The notes below the pieces were generated by a model, which worked only from the letters and a program-made list of their open reading frames with translations, was not told the DNA's origin and searched no databases. Shown in pieces: positions 12,087 through 25,551 of a stretch of DNA of 64,000 bases (position 1 is the first letter of the stretch; each line of letters starts with the position of its first letter). Both the position numbers and the translations under genes were made by a program. This stretch comes from Podarcis cretensis (taxonomy: Eukaryota): positions 68,510,001 to 68,574,000 of the forward strand of contig OX638151.1 in the NCBI GenBank assembly GCA_951804945.1. The letters run 5' to 3'.

Positions 12087-12432
12087 AGGTAAAGGGACCC
12101 CTGACCATTAGGTCCAGTCGTGGCCGACTCTGGGATTGCGGCGCTCATCTCGCTTTATTGGCCGAGGGAGCCGGCGTTTGTCCGCAGACAGATTCCAGGT
12201 CATGTGGCCAGCATGGCGAACCAGAGCAACACACGGAAACGCCGTTTACCTTCCCGCCGGAGCAGTACCTATTTATCTACTTGCACTTTTTGACGTGCAT
12301 TTGAACTGCTAGGTTGGCAGGAGCAGGGACCGAGCAACGGGAGCTCACCCTGTCGCGAGGATTCGAACCGCTGACCTTCTGATCGGCAAGCCCTAGGCTC
12401 TGTGGTTTAACCCACAGCACCACCCGCGTCCC
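12087..12432 (-). mobile_element. Sauria SINE (Squam1), subfamily A, full length
   Basis: Reverse complement of the 5604 copy, with intact GGTTCGAATCC B box. Perfect 14-bp TSD CTGGAGTTAATGTA at 12073-12086 and 12433-12446. Confidence 0.95.
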
Positions 12433-14659
12433 CTGGAGTTAATGTACTGATTTCCTATCTGATTATCTCCACCTGCTTTCAGCTAGCATGAGCCCAGCAG
12501 GATGGGATTGGGTGATTCATTCACTTCAGCCCCTTCTCACTGGACTGCTCTGCCCAGGCAGCTAAAAGGCAGCACAGGTGAGATTTAAATAGTGGGTGCA
12601 ATCTTCATTTTCTCTACATTTCATCTGGTTCACACTGACATACTAAATACCTGCTACATATTTACCAGATCCCCTGCCCCTTTTTTCCAATGAGGACTGA
12701 ACATTTCTTATAAATATTATGTGCACTGCTAGGGAACCTGTCTCTAGCAACTATTGGGGGGAGCTTTCCCTATTAGAGATATATTCTATGAAATGACTGA
12801 ATACAATTATTCTGGAGGCCCTGGAGGTATTCAGAAGTTGTTGATTAGAGTACATGCTCAACTATGGCATATTATTATCCATGGTAAAAGTTTCACCGCA
12901 CTTTTCGAAGTGCTAATCTATGAGTGAAAAGCCACATAACCTTTGATCTACATGGTAATGTATTCAGGAACTGAGCAGTAATGGACTTTTGAACTGCTGT
13001 GCATTTCCTAGTGCCGTGTGCATTATTTCTCATACAAAGGGACTTCCATGCCACAAGAAAAAAAAGAGATTCAGTGCAGATGCTTTATTCTTCTTTTGCA
13101 TGTGTCAACTAGATTTCAAGCCTTCCAACAAATTACCAACAATTATAGCCAAGAAGCTGGCATTTTCTTCCAAGCGCAGCAGCCTCTAAATGTTGTAAAT
13201 CAGCAGCAAATGTGCCATTTTATTCCTACCATCATTAAACATCTTTTGTTCTGTCCAGCCAGAGCAAAAGCATGGAACAACCTATACCAAGAAAAAGTGT
13301 AGCCCTGTGTTGTGTTGCACACTGGAATGCCAAGTGTATAGAAATGAGCCAGTCACCCTTAGGACTGTTTAGTAGTCCACAGACTATTTGTATGTGTGCG
13401 CATTTCCAACATGACTTCTTCCCTGAAGATCAGAAATGTCGTTGAGAAAATATGAATTGCCCCTAAATTAATTTTCCTCACTAGCTTTCTGATTAGTTTA
13501 AGTGCCAATATAAAAGAACTAGACAGCAAAGCCTTTCCACGGCATTTGGAAAATCACATATTGATTTGGGACAGAACTGCAAGACATTTACTTTTCCTAG
13601 TCTTGAGTGGTCTGGGAAAGAGTTAGGCATACTACATTAGGTTGATCATAAAACTAGTGAGTTGGAAGGAGATGGAGAGCAAATTATAAATAATTAAAGT
13701 GGTCTGCAATCACCCATGATTGCTTCTAATTGCATGCATGCCATTTTAATCACATTATGTTGAGTCAGGTAAATAAAGAGGTGGAATGACTAAGTAGTCA
13801 AAATCATACTGCTATTTTGGACACATTACATATAGATGTTTCCTTTGTTCAGTGTGATTGTTCAGATCTTTGCCAGCAAAACTATCTGGCATGGAATGAC
13901 AAAGTTACTTACATCCTGTTTAATCCATGTACCTCTCCCTCTCCCTCTCTTTGCAGTACAGTGCTGTTCTATATACTCTACATTTATTTGAATGTGTGTT
14001 CATTGTATTCAAGACCTATGATACTAAACATTCTTCATTGCTGAATAAAGTACAGTATGGTACAGCATGGTACAGCATGTATTCATTTGTATGCCTTTAT
14101 GTAGCCATATTGCATTTGTCACATGTGATTTATGAAAGAATAATAATTAAGGAAATATGATATATCAAATTATCCAAAACACAACACAGCTGATCCATGA
14201 AACAGGCCAGACATTGGCTAGTGTGCAGGTAGCGCAAATCCCACAAATCTGACCAACAGAGGCTGTTCCTACCACATGGCAGCGGTGGCAGTATATCTCA
14301 GCACCCTCAAGACTCCTCTAGAGCAATAGGTAAGCAACTCACCTTTGAATTGAATGACAATATTTCTATCTGCTGAAGCCTTTCAAAGGATACTGGATAT
14401 GTGGGCATCAATTCAAACCTACCTTGAACAAGGCATTTTGGCTTATGCAAGGCAGCCACCCAAAATTTCATTGAATCTTCCCTGTTGCTGCAGTCCCAAT
14501 GCCCCATACCAGATTGTCCCTTGACCCTCAGAAGTGCTTCCCCTCTCTGAGATTGTGTCAGGCTAGAGAAAAGAGGAGGATCAAGGAGAGCTCCGCAGTA
14601 TGAGTTAAGTCTACAGTGATACGTAGCATTTCTTCTAAGAAAAAATATAGCTAAGTAAG

Positions 14660-14693
<34 letters not shown>
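14660..14693. repeat. (TAA)n microsatellite, one interruption
   Basis: Read directly from the sequence. Confidence 0.85.
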
Positions 14694-15644
14694 GTGAGTT
14701 AGTTAAATATTTGCAACAAAACAAAACAAAACCCCACTGCACTCCTTGTAAGAAATGTTCTCTAAACTGTTATGTGGCCTCTAGCAGCCAAAATGTAACA
14801 GTAGGCGGCCTTCTAAGTGCCTGGGATGAGTACCCAAATCATATATCACAACACGTTCCATTGAAAGTTTTGTGGGTAGAAACTAAGAATGGGATAAAGG
14901 GCACAAAAGCAAACCAATCTTAATCTGGAGATTAATTAAAGTAAGAAAAATCGAGCATTCTTAAATAGGATTTAAACCTCACAATTTGTTAATGAGTGCA
15001 GACATTTGAATACTTTGATTGAATTGATTTTTTTAATCCTAATCTTATTACAACATATCTAAAGTTGTAAAAAAAGTGCAAATGTATTTAAGTTCAAATG
15101 CAGCAAGTTTTTGCTTCATAAATACTCTCGCCCTGCCACTTCTTCCAAAGGACATATTTCATAGTACTATCGTTATCCATTCCACAAGCATCTCGGCATT
15201 TAATTCCACTGCAGTAGCAACCACAGTTACTTACGCCAGAACATTTGTCTTCAGAAATCTGGAGTTATTACACACAGTTTTAAATCAGTGAAAGATAGCT
15301 TACATAAGCCCATTAAATGGAACATGAATAACATTTTAAAAGTAGCCATTGACAACCAAGATGGCATATATTTTAAAAGTGCCATTGACTAACATTTACT
15401 ATCTCAACATTATGTGATAGGCATTTTATTCTTCTTCATTTTACAATACTTGAACCATTTATAGGGGAGCATTACAAATGCCAGGAGGGTCAGATACAAG
15501 TTGCAGACAAAAGCCATTGAGGGGAGTAGAGATGATACACATCCCACAAAGCACATATTTACAACTGATATTTCTGCATTTCATGTTACCATTTGAAGGC
15601 TGCATAAATTTTCAAAACAATGCTGACTTGAGGCACATATATGG

Positions 15645-15648
<4 letters not shown>

Positions 15649-15684
<36 letters not shown>

Positions 15685-15686
15685 CA
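15649..15686. repeat. (TG)15(CG)3 compound microsatellite
   Basis: Read directly; uninterrupted purine-pyrimidine alternation. Confidence 0.95.
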
Positions 15687-17454
15687 AGTAAGAGAAAGAG
15701 AGAGAAGGAATACAGGTATGCTGTTGAAATACATTTGAAATACAAGGACAACCTTTCAAATTGCGTCTTATGATGCAATAAAAATATAGCCCATTTGCGC
15801 AAATGGAAGCCTCCACCCATGCCCCATCCCATTCTGGCGAGTCCCTTAGGGATCATTTTTTGGGGGTAAATGGGGGAAAATGCTTTTATTTAACTTACAT
15901 TTGCATAAAATACTATTTTGTTGATGCTACCTATTGTCAATTGTCAACTTCCTTTTCTTCTCTTTAGATGAAGTATTGTAAGTTTCTATAATTCATTTTT
16001 TTAAAAAAAGGTATCATTTTAAGCCTTCAATGAAAACTAGGGAAACAAGATTAAATGCATTTCTAATATGCACTTGAAAATGTTAGAAACACTACTAAGT
16101 GATACTGAAGCAAGACAATCTGCAGTGAAGAAATTGCCAAAAATCACAATACCCTGGGCTGGACTGCAGTGCCCTGGCCAACCTAACCAAATTCCCTCTT
16201 GGAAAAGTGTAGAATATTCCTATGCTTTATGCAGTACTGTAAAATGCATTCCAGCTAGCTTCCTATGCTCAGTAGATACCTATTAGGTAATACTGTGCTT
16301 CAAATCTTTTGTTCTGTTTGTAAAATATTGGTTAGGGACCACAGCATTTTTTTTAGAAGGGGTAGAAAACCATAGCTCATATCAGACCAATAAGCAGACT
16401 GGTTGGATTGTTTCCCATGAGTTGAGAAACTTAGACTTAGAAAACAGAACAAAACCTGGTTTGCTGTCCAATACAAAGAGCATAGATTATGCCAGAAAAC
16501 ACATTCTGTTGACTGTGTTGCACTGCCTGCACAACTGAATAGAAAATCATAAACATAGCTAAAGCCATACATGAGAGGAAGAAAATTAAACCAACACCTG
16601 GACAGCTCCCTTCACAGAAGTCAGTGTGTAAGGCAGACTTTATTAACCAGGTGCCATCTAGATGTTTTGGGCCAATCAGCATGGTCCAGTGGTTCAAGGA
16701 TGAATTGAGTTGGAGAAGGATGGGAGGTATCTGTTCTCATTTACAGATAATTAATTTTCTGAGTATGTCACGAGTCTCCCTAAGATGATATTTTGGGGAA
16801 TCTGAGGTGAGATACTCACGCAGTGGAAGTTGCCCTCAGTTCCAGTCACCATGCAGGCTGCTTAAGGTCCAAAGTAGTTTACTGCTACAGAGGATAAGGC
16901 TTCAGTAATACAGTTCTGGACATTGATATATACATACAACTTGAAGGCTTTGCAGATACAGATGCAGATATATACAAATAGGAAGTATTTCTATTGCTCC
17001 AGCAATTCAGGATGTAACAGACTCCTACTCCTTACTCTGACTGACACATTAACAAGACTCTGGACACTGAGCTGACATGCACTGGGCCATTACCATAGCA
17101 ACTGGCTTGGCTGACCATGCACTTGTTGGCTTATCCCATCCATGGGATGATTTACAATTATGATGGAAAATAACCCTTTCCTCCATGCCAAATTTTTCCA
17201 ACAGATAAAAACGGTGGCCAAAAAAGGGTGCTGAAATGTTAGCAACTCATGTTCAGCTTTTGAGGATGGAATTGTATGAGAGATGGTGACTTTAATATTG
17301 CATGCACAATACTTCTGACCTGTGTTGATTTACATTAGCATACAACTATGCATACTCTTTTAAAACAAACATAATCAAAACAACCTCATAAAATCTCAAG
17401 TAATGAACTGAGGTACCAGGGGACTGGAGATTGCTCAAACACAAAGCTAGATTA

Positions 17455-17809
17455 AAGGTAAAGGTACCCCTGCCCTTACAGGCCAGTCTTGCCAGACTCT
17501 AGGGTTGTGCGCTCATCTCACTCTAGAGGCCGGGAGCCAGCGCTGTCCACAGACACTTCCGGGTCACGTGGCCAGCGTGACAAGCTGCATCTGGCGAGCC
17601 AGTGCAGCACACAGAACGCCGTTTACCTTCCCACTGGTAAGCGGTCCCTATTTATCTACTTGCACCCGGGGGTGCTTTCGAACTGCTAGGTTGGCAGGCG
17701 CTGGGACCGAGCAGCGGGAGCGCACCCCGCCGTGGGGATTCGAACCGCTGACCTGACGATCGGCAAGTCCTAGGCTCTGTGGTTTTACCCACAGTGCCAC
17801 CCAGCTCCC
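17455..17809 (-). mobile_element. Sauria SINE (Squam1), B-like body with A-like head
   Basis: Plus strand AAGGTAAAGGTACCCCTG tail and GGGATTCGAACC B box. TSD AAAGCTAGATTA at 17443-17454 and 17813-17824. Confidence 0.93.
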
Positions 17810-19204
17810 ACAAAAGCTAGATTACCTTGGCCCAATTCAGAATCCCTCTCCTTTTCAGCCTAACCCACCTTTCAAAGCTTTTGTAAGGATAAAACATTTT
17901 TAAGTTCAAAGCAGTGGCTGTGTGATTTCATTGTAAATCTGTTTTCCTTGACCAAGGTGTGAACATGGAATAGTTGTTGGTAAAATGATTCATTAGTGTT
18001 TTACTTTGTGTTTATGTTACAAAGCTCACATGGTTAGTATTTTTTCATACAAACAGGAATATTGTGAAATCCTGAAGTTATTAAAAACCCTCACCCAAAA
18101 TTCACAGGGCACAGCTTTCAGAACATTACAGAAGCACATGAACTTTGCTGGCAAAGTTAGAAAAGCTTTTATATCAGTATCCCTGGAAACATAATGTTTA
18201 TCACAAGCAGCCCAATCCACAACCCAGCACAGCTAAAATTATAGGCTTTAAGGAGATTCATTGCCCGACCCTCACGGCTGCTGAAGCAGTGCTAGCATAA
18301 TTGCCAATTCTATATCCTATTTACACATATATTTCAGGACTGCGATAATGTCACAGGTATAGATACTGGAGCAAACATTTGGTGTTAACATCTTGAGGTA
18401 GTAAGCCATTAAACACTCCAATTCTAAATACATGATTTAGGTGAAAAAACCAGTTTCCAAATGGATTATATTCAATATATTCTGGACATCTAATATTTCT
18501 TAAGATTTATTCCTGCTTTGCCAAGCAATATTCAAATGTTCCAGAAAAAGACAGCTATGATTAAATATCCAAATATGAACAAAGTCAATCTCACAATCAG
18601 GCTTTTTAATAACAGTTTAGCAAGAATCCAAACACAGGTGCAAAAACTGTATGAGAGTTTGAACTATTAGCTATAGTCCCAATTATTTGTCAATGACATA
18701 TGAATATGTAACTGGCTTGTAAACACTTCTAAAGCCCTAATTAAAGCTGACTGAAATTGTCTGCTGAAACTAGCACCATGTTGTTTTATGCCTCTGGAAG
18801 TACAGAAGGATGTACTTCTCAACAATTGCAACATTTTACTTTAAATGCCAAGCAAAACACAATTGTCCAAATTCTTACACTTCCCCAATCCTACTTTAAA
18901 AAAAAAAATCTAGAAGAAGAGAACTAAAATAAATTTCTGTAGAAATAAGCACAGTATATGGTGAACGAACATTTATGCAATTGTGGGAACGTTGAGTGGA
19001 AAGAAACAAAGATCTGGCAGAGTAAAGTGCTGTGTGGCCCCAGTCAAATCTGGGAGCTCTGTTGCAGTATAACTGGTATCTTTTTTTTTTATTTTAAAAA
19101 AAGAATTGCCATAGTTCAAAACACAAGCCAATGAAGCAGTGGCTTCCTTTTCTGTTGACCAGTTAAAACTGTGTACATATTACTGTTTACTCTGCATCCA
19201 GTAA

Positions 19205-19410
19205 CCTTCACTACATATCTTTAGGCACCAGGTGAAAACGTTTCTCTTCAACCAAACCTTTGGCTGATTAATGTTATATGGCCTTTTAAATGTGTTTATG
19301 GGAGGAGGATTATTGGCTTGTTTTTGTATTTTGTGTTCTTATTTTGTATTTTTATGTTGTGAACTGCCCTGTGATCTTTGGATGAAGGGTAGTATGGTAT
19401 ACAAATTTAA
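19205..19410 (+). mobile_element. L2-clade LINE 3' end
   Basis: TTTAGGCACCAGGTGAAAACGTTTCTCTTC..., a T-rich UTR, then TTGTGAACTGCCCTGTGATCTTTGGATGAAGGG...TATACAAATTT terminal motif. Confidence 0.65.
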
Positions 19411-20464
19411 CACACAAACACTATATATATATATCCATCCTATTGTGCTCATGTGCAACTCCCATGATTTTCAGAAGGGTCTGCAGAGGAGAATTTATCA
19501 GTGGATTGTGTTCTTAATTCTTAAAAGTCAATACAAAATTAAAGAGATATTTCAGTAGCCAGGGAAGCAAGTCTACTTTAAATATGTGAGAAGGAAACAT
19601 TTCTTGTAACAGTTCCCAATTACTCCAGTTTCATTCCTTATGGTATTTCAGAGAGCAAAACCCAAGAGTCGTGCAATTATCATTATATTCTTATTCCTGT
19701 AACAGGTTATATGTGCTAATGAAGAAAAACTAATTACATAGTAGTTGTAATCAGTTACCTAGCAAGCCTTTTCCCAAGCCTCCCTTCCAAACAAATGCCT
19801 GATTACATCAGAGCCCATCACATTTCCCCTTATTAAAAATGAAAAAAACATACACATAATGACCCAGGAAGTAGCTAAAAGAACAATAGTCGAGTTTTAC
19901 CAGCTATTAGAACTTTGATCATCTTTGATCAATGCTCAGCAGTTTCACTCAACTCTCTGTCTTTAATTTCATGAAACTACTTTCCGTGAACTTTCCATGT
20001 GCTCTTCTTGGGTTAAAAGAGATCACCACAAATTTAGCACACTGAGAAATCGAAGCATGCACACACACATACCCATAATGTTTACTTTGAGAAGGGGAAT
20101 CAGCTGAGCATCCAGCAGTTCTCAGCTGTGTCCCTGCATGGGTTTGTGGAAGGCCAAATGGTAGAGACTGTTGATAGTAAGTAGTAGAGCTAAGCCAAAA
20201 AATGATCAGAAGTCATTTGTCTGAGGAAATTTCTGAGCTCCCCCCACTTGCTAACTTCCCACAAACTACTAAAAGAAGGCCACTTTGCAGAATTTCCCCA
20301 AAATATTCCCATCATTTTCTTCCCATAACAACTCTAGATTGTGGTGGGTACAAAATTATGACCAGGTTGCCAATACAGTTTCTGTTGTCAGCTGAAGTAG
20401 CAGAATCGGGGGAGGGGGCGGGAATCCTGTAGGAAAAAGAAATAAGATATGCTATTGCCAAGGT

Positions 20465-21037
20465 CAGTGCTGGCCCACCCATGAGGCAAATTGGTGACTG
20501 CCTCAGGTGGCAGAATCAATAGGGGCAGCAAATCCAGCCTCCAAAGTATGTATTGTCCACTGTCGTTGCCATGCTGGCCGTCAATGCTCACCCTGTTTGC
20601 CCTCAATGCTTCCTCTGCAGTGGCCTCTTGGCAAATAGGAGGCACCACTGATCTCCTCCCACCTTTGTTCCTGATGTAGATATTCGCTCATTCCTTCTTC
20701 CCTGGCCAGTGGAGGTCACAAAATATATTGGGCTCATCCTAGCAAACGAGTCCCAGTTGTGGCTGGGGCTCACTGGGGCTGGTAGGGCAAAAGGCAGAGA
20801 GACCAACAGCAGATGGGACCAGAGTTAATGGCAGGTAGTGCCAGCTAATTCTATTATTATTCCTATCCTTTTCCCTCTGGAGTTGCACCAGGGCAGCACT
20901 GAGACTAAGGAAGAAGTTGACAAACATTGCCACCCCCTGGAATAGTTGCAAGTAAGAAGGCAGACAGATGGTGGCAGAGCACAAACTGAGGTTGGGGGAG
21001 CAGTGCCCCATTTGCCCTGATGACCTAGCTTCCATTG
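20465..21037. mobile_element. old unclassified interspersed repeat(s), probably DNA-transposon derived
   Basis: GC-richer block. 21-bp GGTGACTGCCTCAGGTGGCAG (20493-20513) recurs exactly in inverted orientation at 52357-52377, with further flanking similarity. Boundaries approximate. Confidence 0.4.
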
Positions 21038-23284
21038 TTAACCCCCATTGAAACAGTGGAGGGGGGAAAATTCCTTTTCCCACTAGAGAAATGTCTTCCT
21101 TTACACCAATGCCATGTTGACCAGCATCAAGTACGGTAGTTATTAATAGTAGGCCCCCCCCCTTTGTCTGTACACTTGGGGGAGGAACTAAGATACAGGA
21201 ATGATACAGGAAACAGGAACAGCCAGTGATAGCTTGGCTATTTGCAAATTCTTCCACTTTTGGATTTTCAGTTATTGCTTTTCTAACTTATTGAAACTGT
21301 ACTTATCAATTGGTCTGAAAGCTTCTTTAATGGATCATCTGGAGGAATTACAGCTAGGGGCTAATTAGACACCTCTGTCCCACAGCCTGTGCCATATGGT
21401 ATCAGCAGCATGTGAGACCAAATTTACCACTAAGAAAAATCAAATTAATAAAGTTCTGATCACCTCAGAATTGCTGGATTAGTCAGCTGTTTTGGGAGAA
21501 AGGGGCTTTGTTATTTTGTTGCTTGTTGAAGAACACGCTCTTAGTATGAAACCAACAATCAAGTGCACTTCTGTTCAGTTCATAAGGTTACTTAATCAAT
21601 GAAGTCCTACCCTCAAAACACAGAATCCAATTTCTTTCCAAATAGGTGTTTGCAGTAGCTTGATAAGTGGAATATAATGCTATACTACTGCAATCGACTC
21701 TTGAATAGATAGCATACACCTTAAATTAATCCCACTGAAATTGTTGCTGCAGATGTTGAAAGGAGATGCATTAAGCTCGACCTGGACTCTCTAGGACTGA
21801 ATTCACAAATGTATGACATTATATGACAAAATGGAATAAGGTGTATTTTACCTGATTTTCCATTATAAAATAGCATAGTAATAAACATTTGAGGAAAAGA
21901 GCACCTGAGTATGATTTTGTCCATTTCCTACCCCCACCTTCATTTGGCAGCAAAACGTATCTTAAAGTTCTTGGTAATTCTGGAAGTTTAAAGAAATGTA
22001 AAGTACAATCCTCTACATGCCTACTCAAATGAAAGTCTTATTGAGTTCAACAATGAGGCAAATGGGTGTTGGACTGCATCTTAAGCCCATCACAAATTTT
22101 CAGTAGGTTTGCATGAAAAAACACATCACAATAAATTGGGATATTGTGCAGATAAACAATTTTAAATTCACATGTTGAGCTGAGCAAGCTGTGGCATGTT
22201 TATGAAACACTTTACCCTGAGTGGTGAAAGTCACTGGTATCTGCCGGTACAATATACCACAAAGATAGTGATGCTGATTAATTGCACATGAACTTTATCA
22301 GAATGACACCTATTTAATAATGTGTTAGGTAATTATTTTAATGTATTAAGCACTTGTTTTTATTTAAAGTAATTGGATATCTTAATGTATTAAGTAACTG
22401 CTCTATTATTATTATTTTCCCAATATTAAAGTAGAGTTCCATTTTTCTATTTTAAGGTGCATTAGCTTGTCCTTCTGGTGTGTCTCCTAAAAGCCCAGAA
22501 GTTTGTTCTGGATGAGGCATATGCTTCTTATTCTCAAAATCTCTCTCCCCCCCCCCACCTCTGTTTTTTTCTGTTTTTAAGCTAAGTTCAAGTTATCAAA
22601 TACTGATACCATTTTTTAAATACCTAGGCTGATGGGAGCTCTAAAAGATATAACAACCAGGAGTGAAGTTGATGTGCTTAAAGAATTGAGATGGGCAATC
22701 TCTCCCAAGATCACAGAATCATAGAATTGTAGAGCTGGAAACTCAGAAATTATTAGGGGAGACCTGGTATAGTTCATGCACACCTTTTGTATTTAATGGA
22801 TGGTCTCGCAAATATCTATTTTCTTTCCCCCCTACTACACACAGAGTGCTGCACTTTTAAATATCAGATTTAGTCAAGAACTGCCGAATAACCTTGACAA
22901 AACAAATAATAACCACAACAAAATTAAGATTTATTTAGAAAGAAAGGTAATTCAGGCATATTAAAATAAATTTAAAAGTATGCTTTATTAGACTTAGCTG
23001 ATGTTCAGTGCACTCCTAACTCCTTTGTGGATGATGTGTGTGGCAGTGGGGGTGGGGGTGGCTGCTAGGACATTATCCTGGCCTCCACCATGCTGCTCGT
23101 TGTCAGAGCTCCACCACAGTGGTCACCTGAGCTTCACCAAATTGAGTAGGAAGCTATTGCCAGCAGATAATATCAAAATGGAGCTTGTCACATAGGGTTG
23201 TTGGTGGCTTTGGATCCTATGTTTGCAAAGCTCCATTGAGCCTCTGTGTAGTATGAGGATTGGGACCCTCAGCTACACCAGTCT

Positions 23285-23597
23285 CAGACTGTTCAACTGC
23301 CCCTATTTTCCAGGGACATCCTGAATTTACAGAAGCCACCCCAGTTTTTTATTTGACCCCAGAAGGTCCCGCTTTTCCTTAGGATGTCCCTATTTTCATT
23401 GGAGAATTGTTGGAGGGTATGGAGTTATGTGACCCCAGAGCCAAGGAGATAAGTAACTATACAACTTTTAGAAGACATCTGAAGGCAGTCCTATATAGTT
23501 TTATGTTTTATATGTGTTGGAAGCCACCCAGAGTATCATCATCATCATTATGGACTAGGACGTCCCTATTTTCTTTGGAGAAATGTTGGAGGGTATG
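23285..23597. mobile_element. composite non-autonomous element with duplicated right terminus enclosing an L2-like 3' segment
   Basis: 42-bp direct repeat at 23380-23421 and 23556-23597 (39/42 identical, both ending TGTTGGAGGGTATG). The intervening TTTTAGAAGACATCTGAAGGCAG...TTGGAAGCCACCCAGAG resembles an L2 3' end. Confidence 0.6.
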
Positions 23598-25199
23598 CAT
23601 TCTGGAGCAATTTATTGTCTGTGCACCAATTCTAGCAAGCAATTCTACATAGATGTATGCCACATGGACAGCAAAATCGATCAAGTATACCAAACAGATA
23701 ACAACCTGATCTTTTATTCAGAGGAGGGGCGCTACTGATGTGGAGTACAGATAAGCTGTCAGGCCTGATGTTTCATGGATTTTCTTTTTCTTTTTAACCA
23801 AGAATTAGCAATCTGTTTAGAGTTTTCCACTAACCAATGAATTAGCATGCAGATTATACCAAGGGAAGGCAGGAAGACAACTAACAAACAGAGTCTGGCA
23901 CTTTATTACATCATATAGAAAAGCATTTTCAATAGCTGTTTTACAAGTGTGTAACTCCTTCTCATAGAAACTACTTAAAAACTACTACTGGTGTAACCCC
24001 CTTTTTTTGAACTGTTCCAAAACCTTTTGTGATATCTGGGCTGAAGTTTGGGAACTGTGGTTGAACTGTATTGGAAGTTTCAGCAGCAATATGTTTTTGG
24101 CTATTTTAATAATAGTATTTCAAATGTGAAATTCAAGAAGGGCCAGTTTCCTCTTTTTTATCTTATTGTTATCCACCCTATGATTTCAAGGTTGGGCATC
24201 TTTACATTTAAATAATAAAAAAACTAGGCCAAAACCTCCAATGCAGGCTGCTGTGTATCCAACCATTTCTAACAGACCATGAATACAATTTCCCCTCTAT
24301 CCTATCACCTTTACCATATGAATTATTAGTTGAGAGTACAAAAATGGAAGTGTTCATGAAAGCTTGCCCAAATGTGCTGTATCTACAGTAATGGGGAATT
24401 TAATTTTGTAATGAGTTCCATTCTAACTGGTAGAGATGCTGAGGTTAAAAAAAATATGCTGCAAACCAATTTATCTGGAACCACAAGCATGCTTAATAGT
24501 ATCTGCCCATGAAACTACCTTCAATATAACCCTACGCTGTTGGATCCCAGCACTATTTTCAATTTTCATTTGTTAGATATATGATCAACCATGTCAAATC
24601 TGCCCTGAGTAATAGAAGTTAGAAAAATAAAATGAAGTCATTTACTTAAAACATTTTGATAGCTATTTGTCCAAAAAATCCTGGTCAGATTTTGTGCTCA
24701 AAGGCATTTACCTACAAAGTTAACCAGATGCTTTGAGAAGAAAACTAATTTAATTTCACTGTTATCTTAACAGAACATCTGTTAAACCAATATCCAAAGA
24801 AGGTAATGTGTTCAAAATTAAATATCCTGCAGGTAGCCTTATTAGAATACACGCAACACTGAAATTTAACTGCTAACCACTTCATTATAAATGTGAACCA
24901 CAACGATTTAATTATTTCTTTGATGGTTATAAACTAATAAGGCACCAATGCATCTCTAGTGCCAAATCACTCTTGTAGCTAATATGGAAGGATTAATACA
25001 ATGAACAAATCACCACATTGTCATGTTAAAAAATTAATTTCCTACCTTTTAAACATTACAAAACACTTAGTATTTTTAACTGGTGTGTTAAACATCCTTT
25101 TGAAATGTCACATTTAACTGACTCATTACTGAAAATTTAATACCAGGAAGCTGGAAGTGCTACCTTAGGTATTTGTATGGACCTCAGGTCCTCAATGCA

Positions 25200-25551
25200 G
25201 GTGGCGCTGTGGGTTAAAGCCTCAGCGCCTAGGACTTGCCGATCGAAAGGTCGGCGGTTCGAATCCCTGCGGCGGGGTGCGCTCCCGCTGCTCGGTCCCA
25301 GCGCCTGCCAACCTAGCAGTTCGAAAGCACCTCCGGGTGCAAGTAGATAAATAGGGACCGCTTACCAGCGGGAAGGTAAACGGCGTTTCCGTGTGCGGCT
25401 CTGGCTCGCCAGAGCAGCGATGTCACGCTGGCCACGTGACCCGGAAGTGTCTCCGGACAGCGCTGGCCCCTGGCCTCTTAAGTGAGATGGGCGCACAACC
25501 CCAGAGTCTGTCAAGACTGGCCCGTACGGGCAGGGGTACCTTTACCTTTAC
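25200..25551 (+). mobile_element. Sauria SINE (Squam1), young subfamily B, missing first ~8 nt
   Basis: CpG-rich, intact GGTTCGAATCCC, (ACCTTT) tail. Perfect 15-bp TSD CAGGTCCTCAATGCA at 25185-25199 and 25552-25566. Confidence 0.95.

Noticed and set aside
20739-21257. 172-aa ORF, the longest in the track
   Set aside because: No recognisable domain, overlaps a decayed repeat block, and no splice or codon evidence.
25200-25275. tRNA genes at SINE heads (A and B boxes)
   Set aside because: The tRNA-like segments continue into SINE bodies with tails and TSDs, and no proper cloverleaf is evident.
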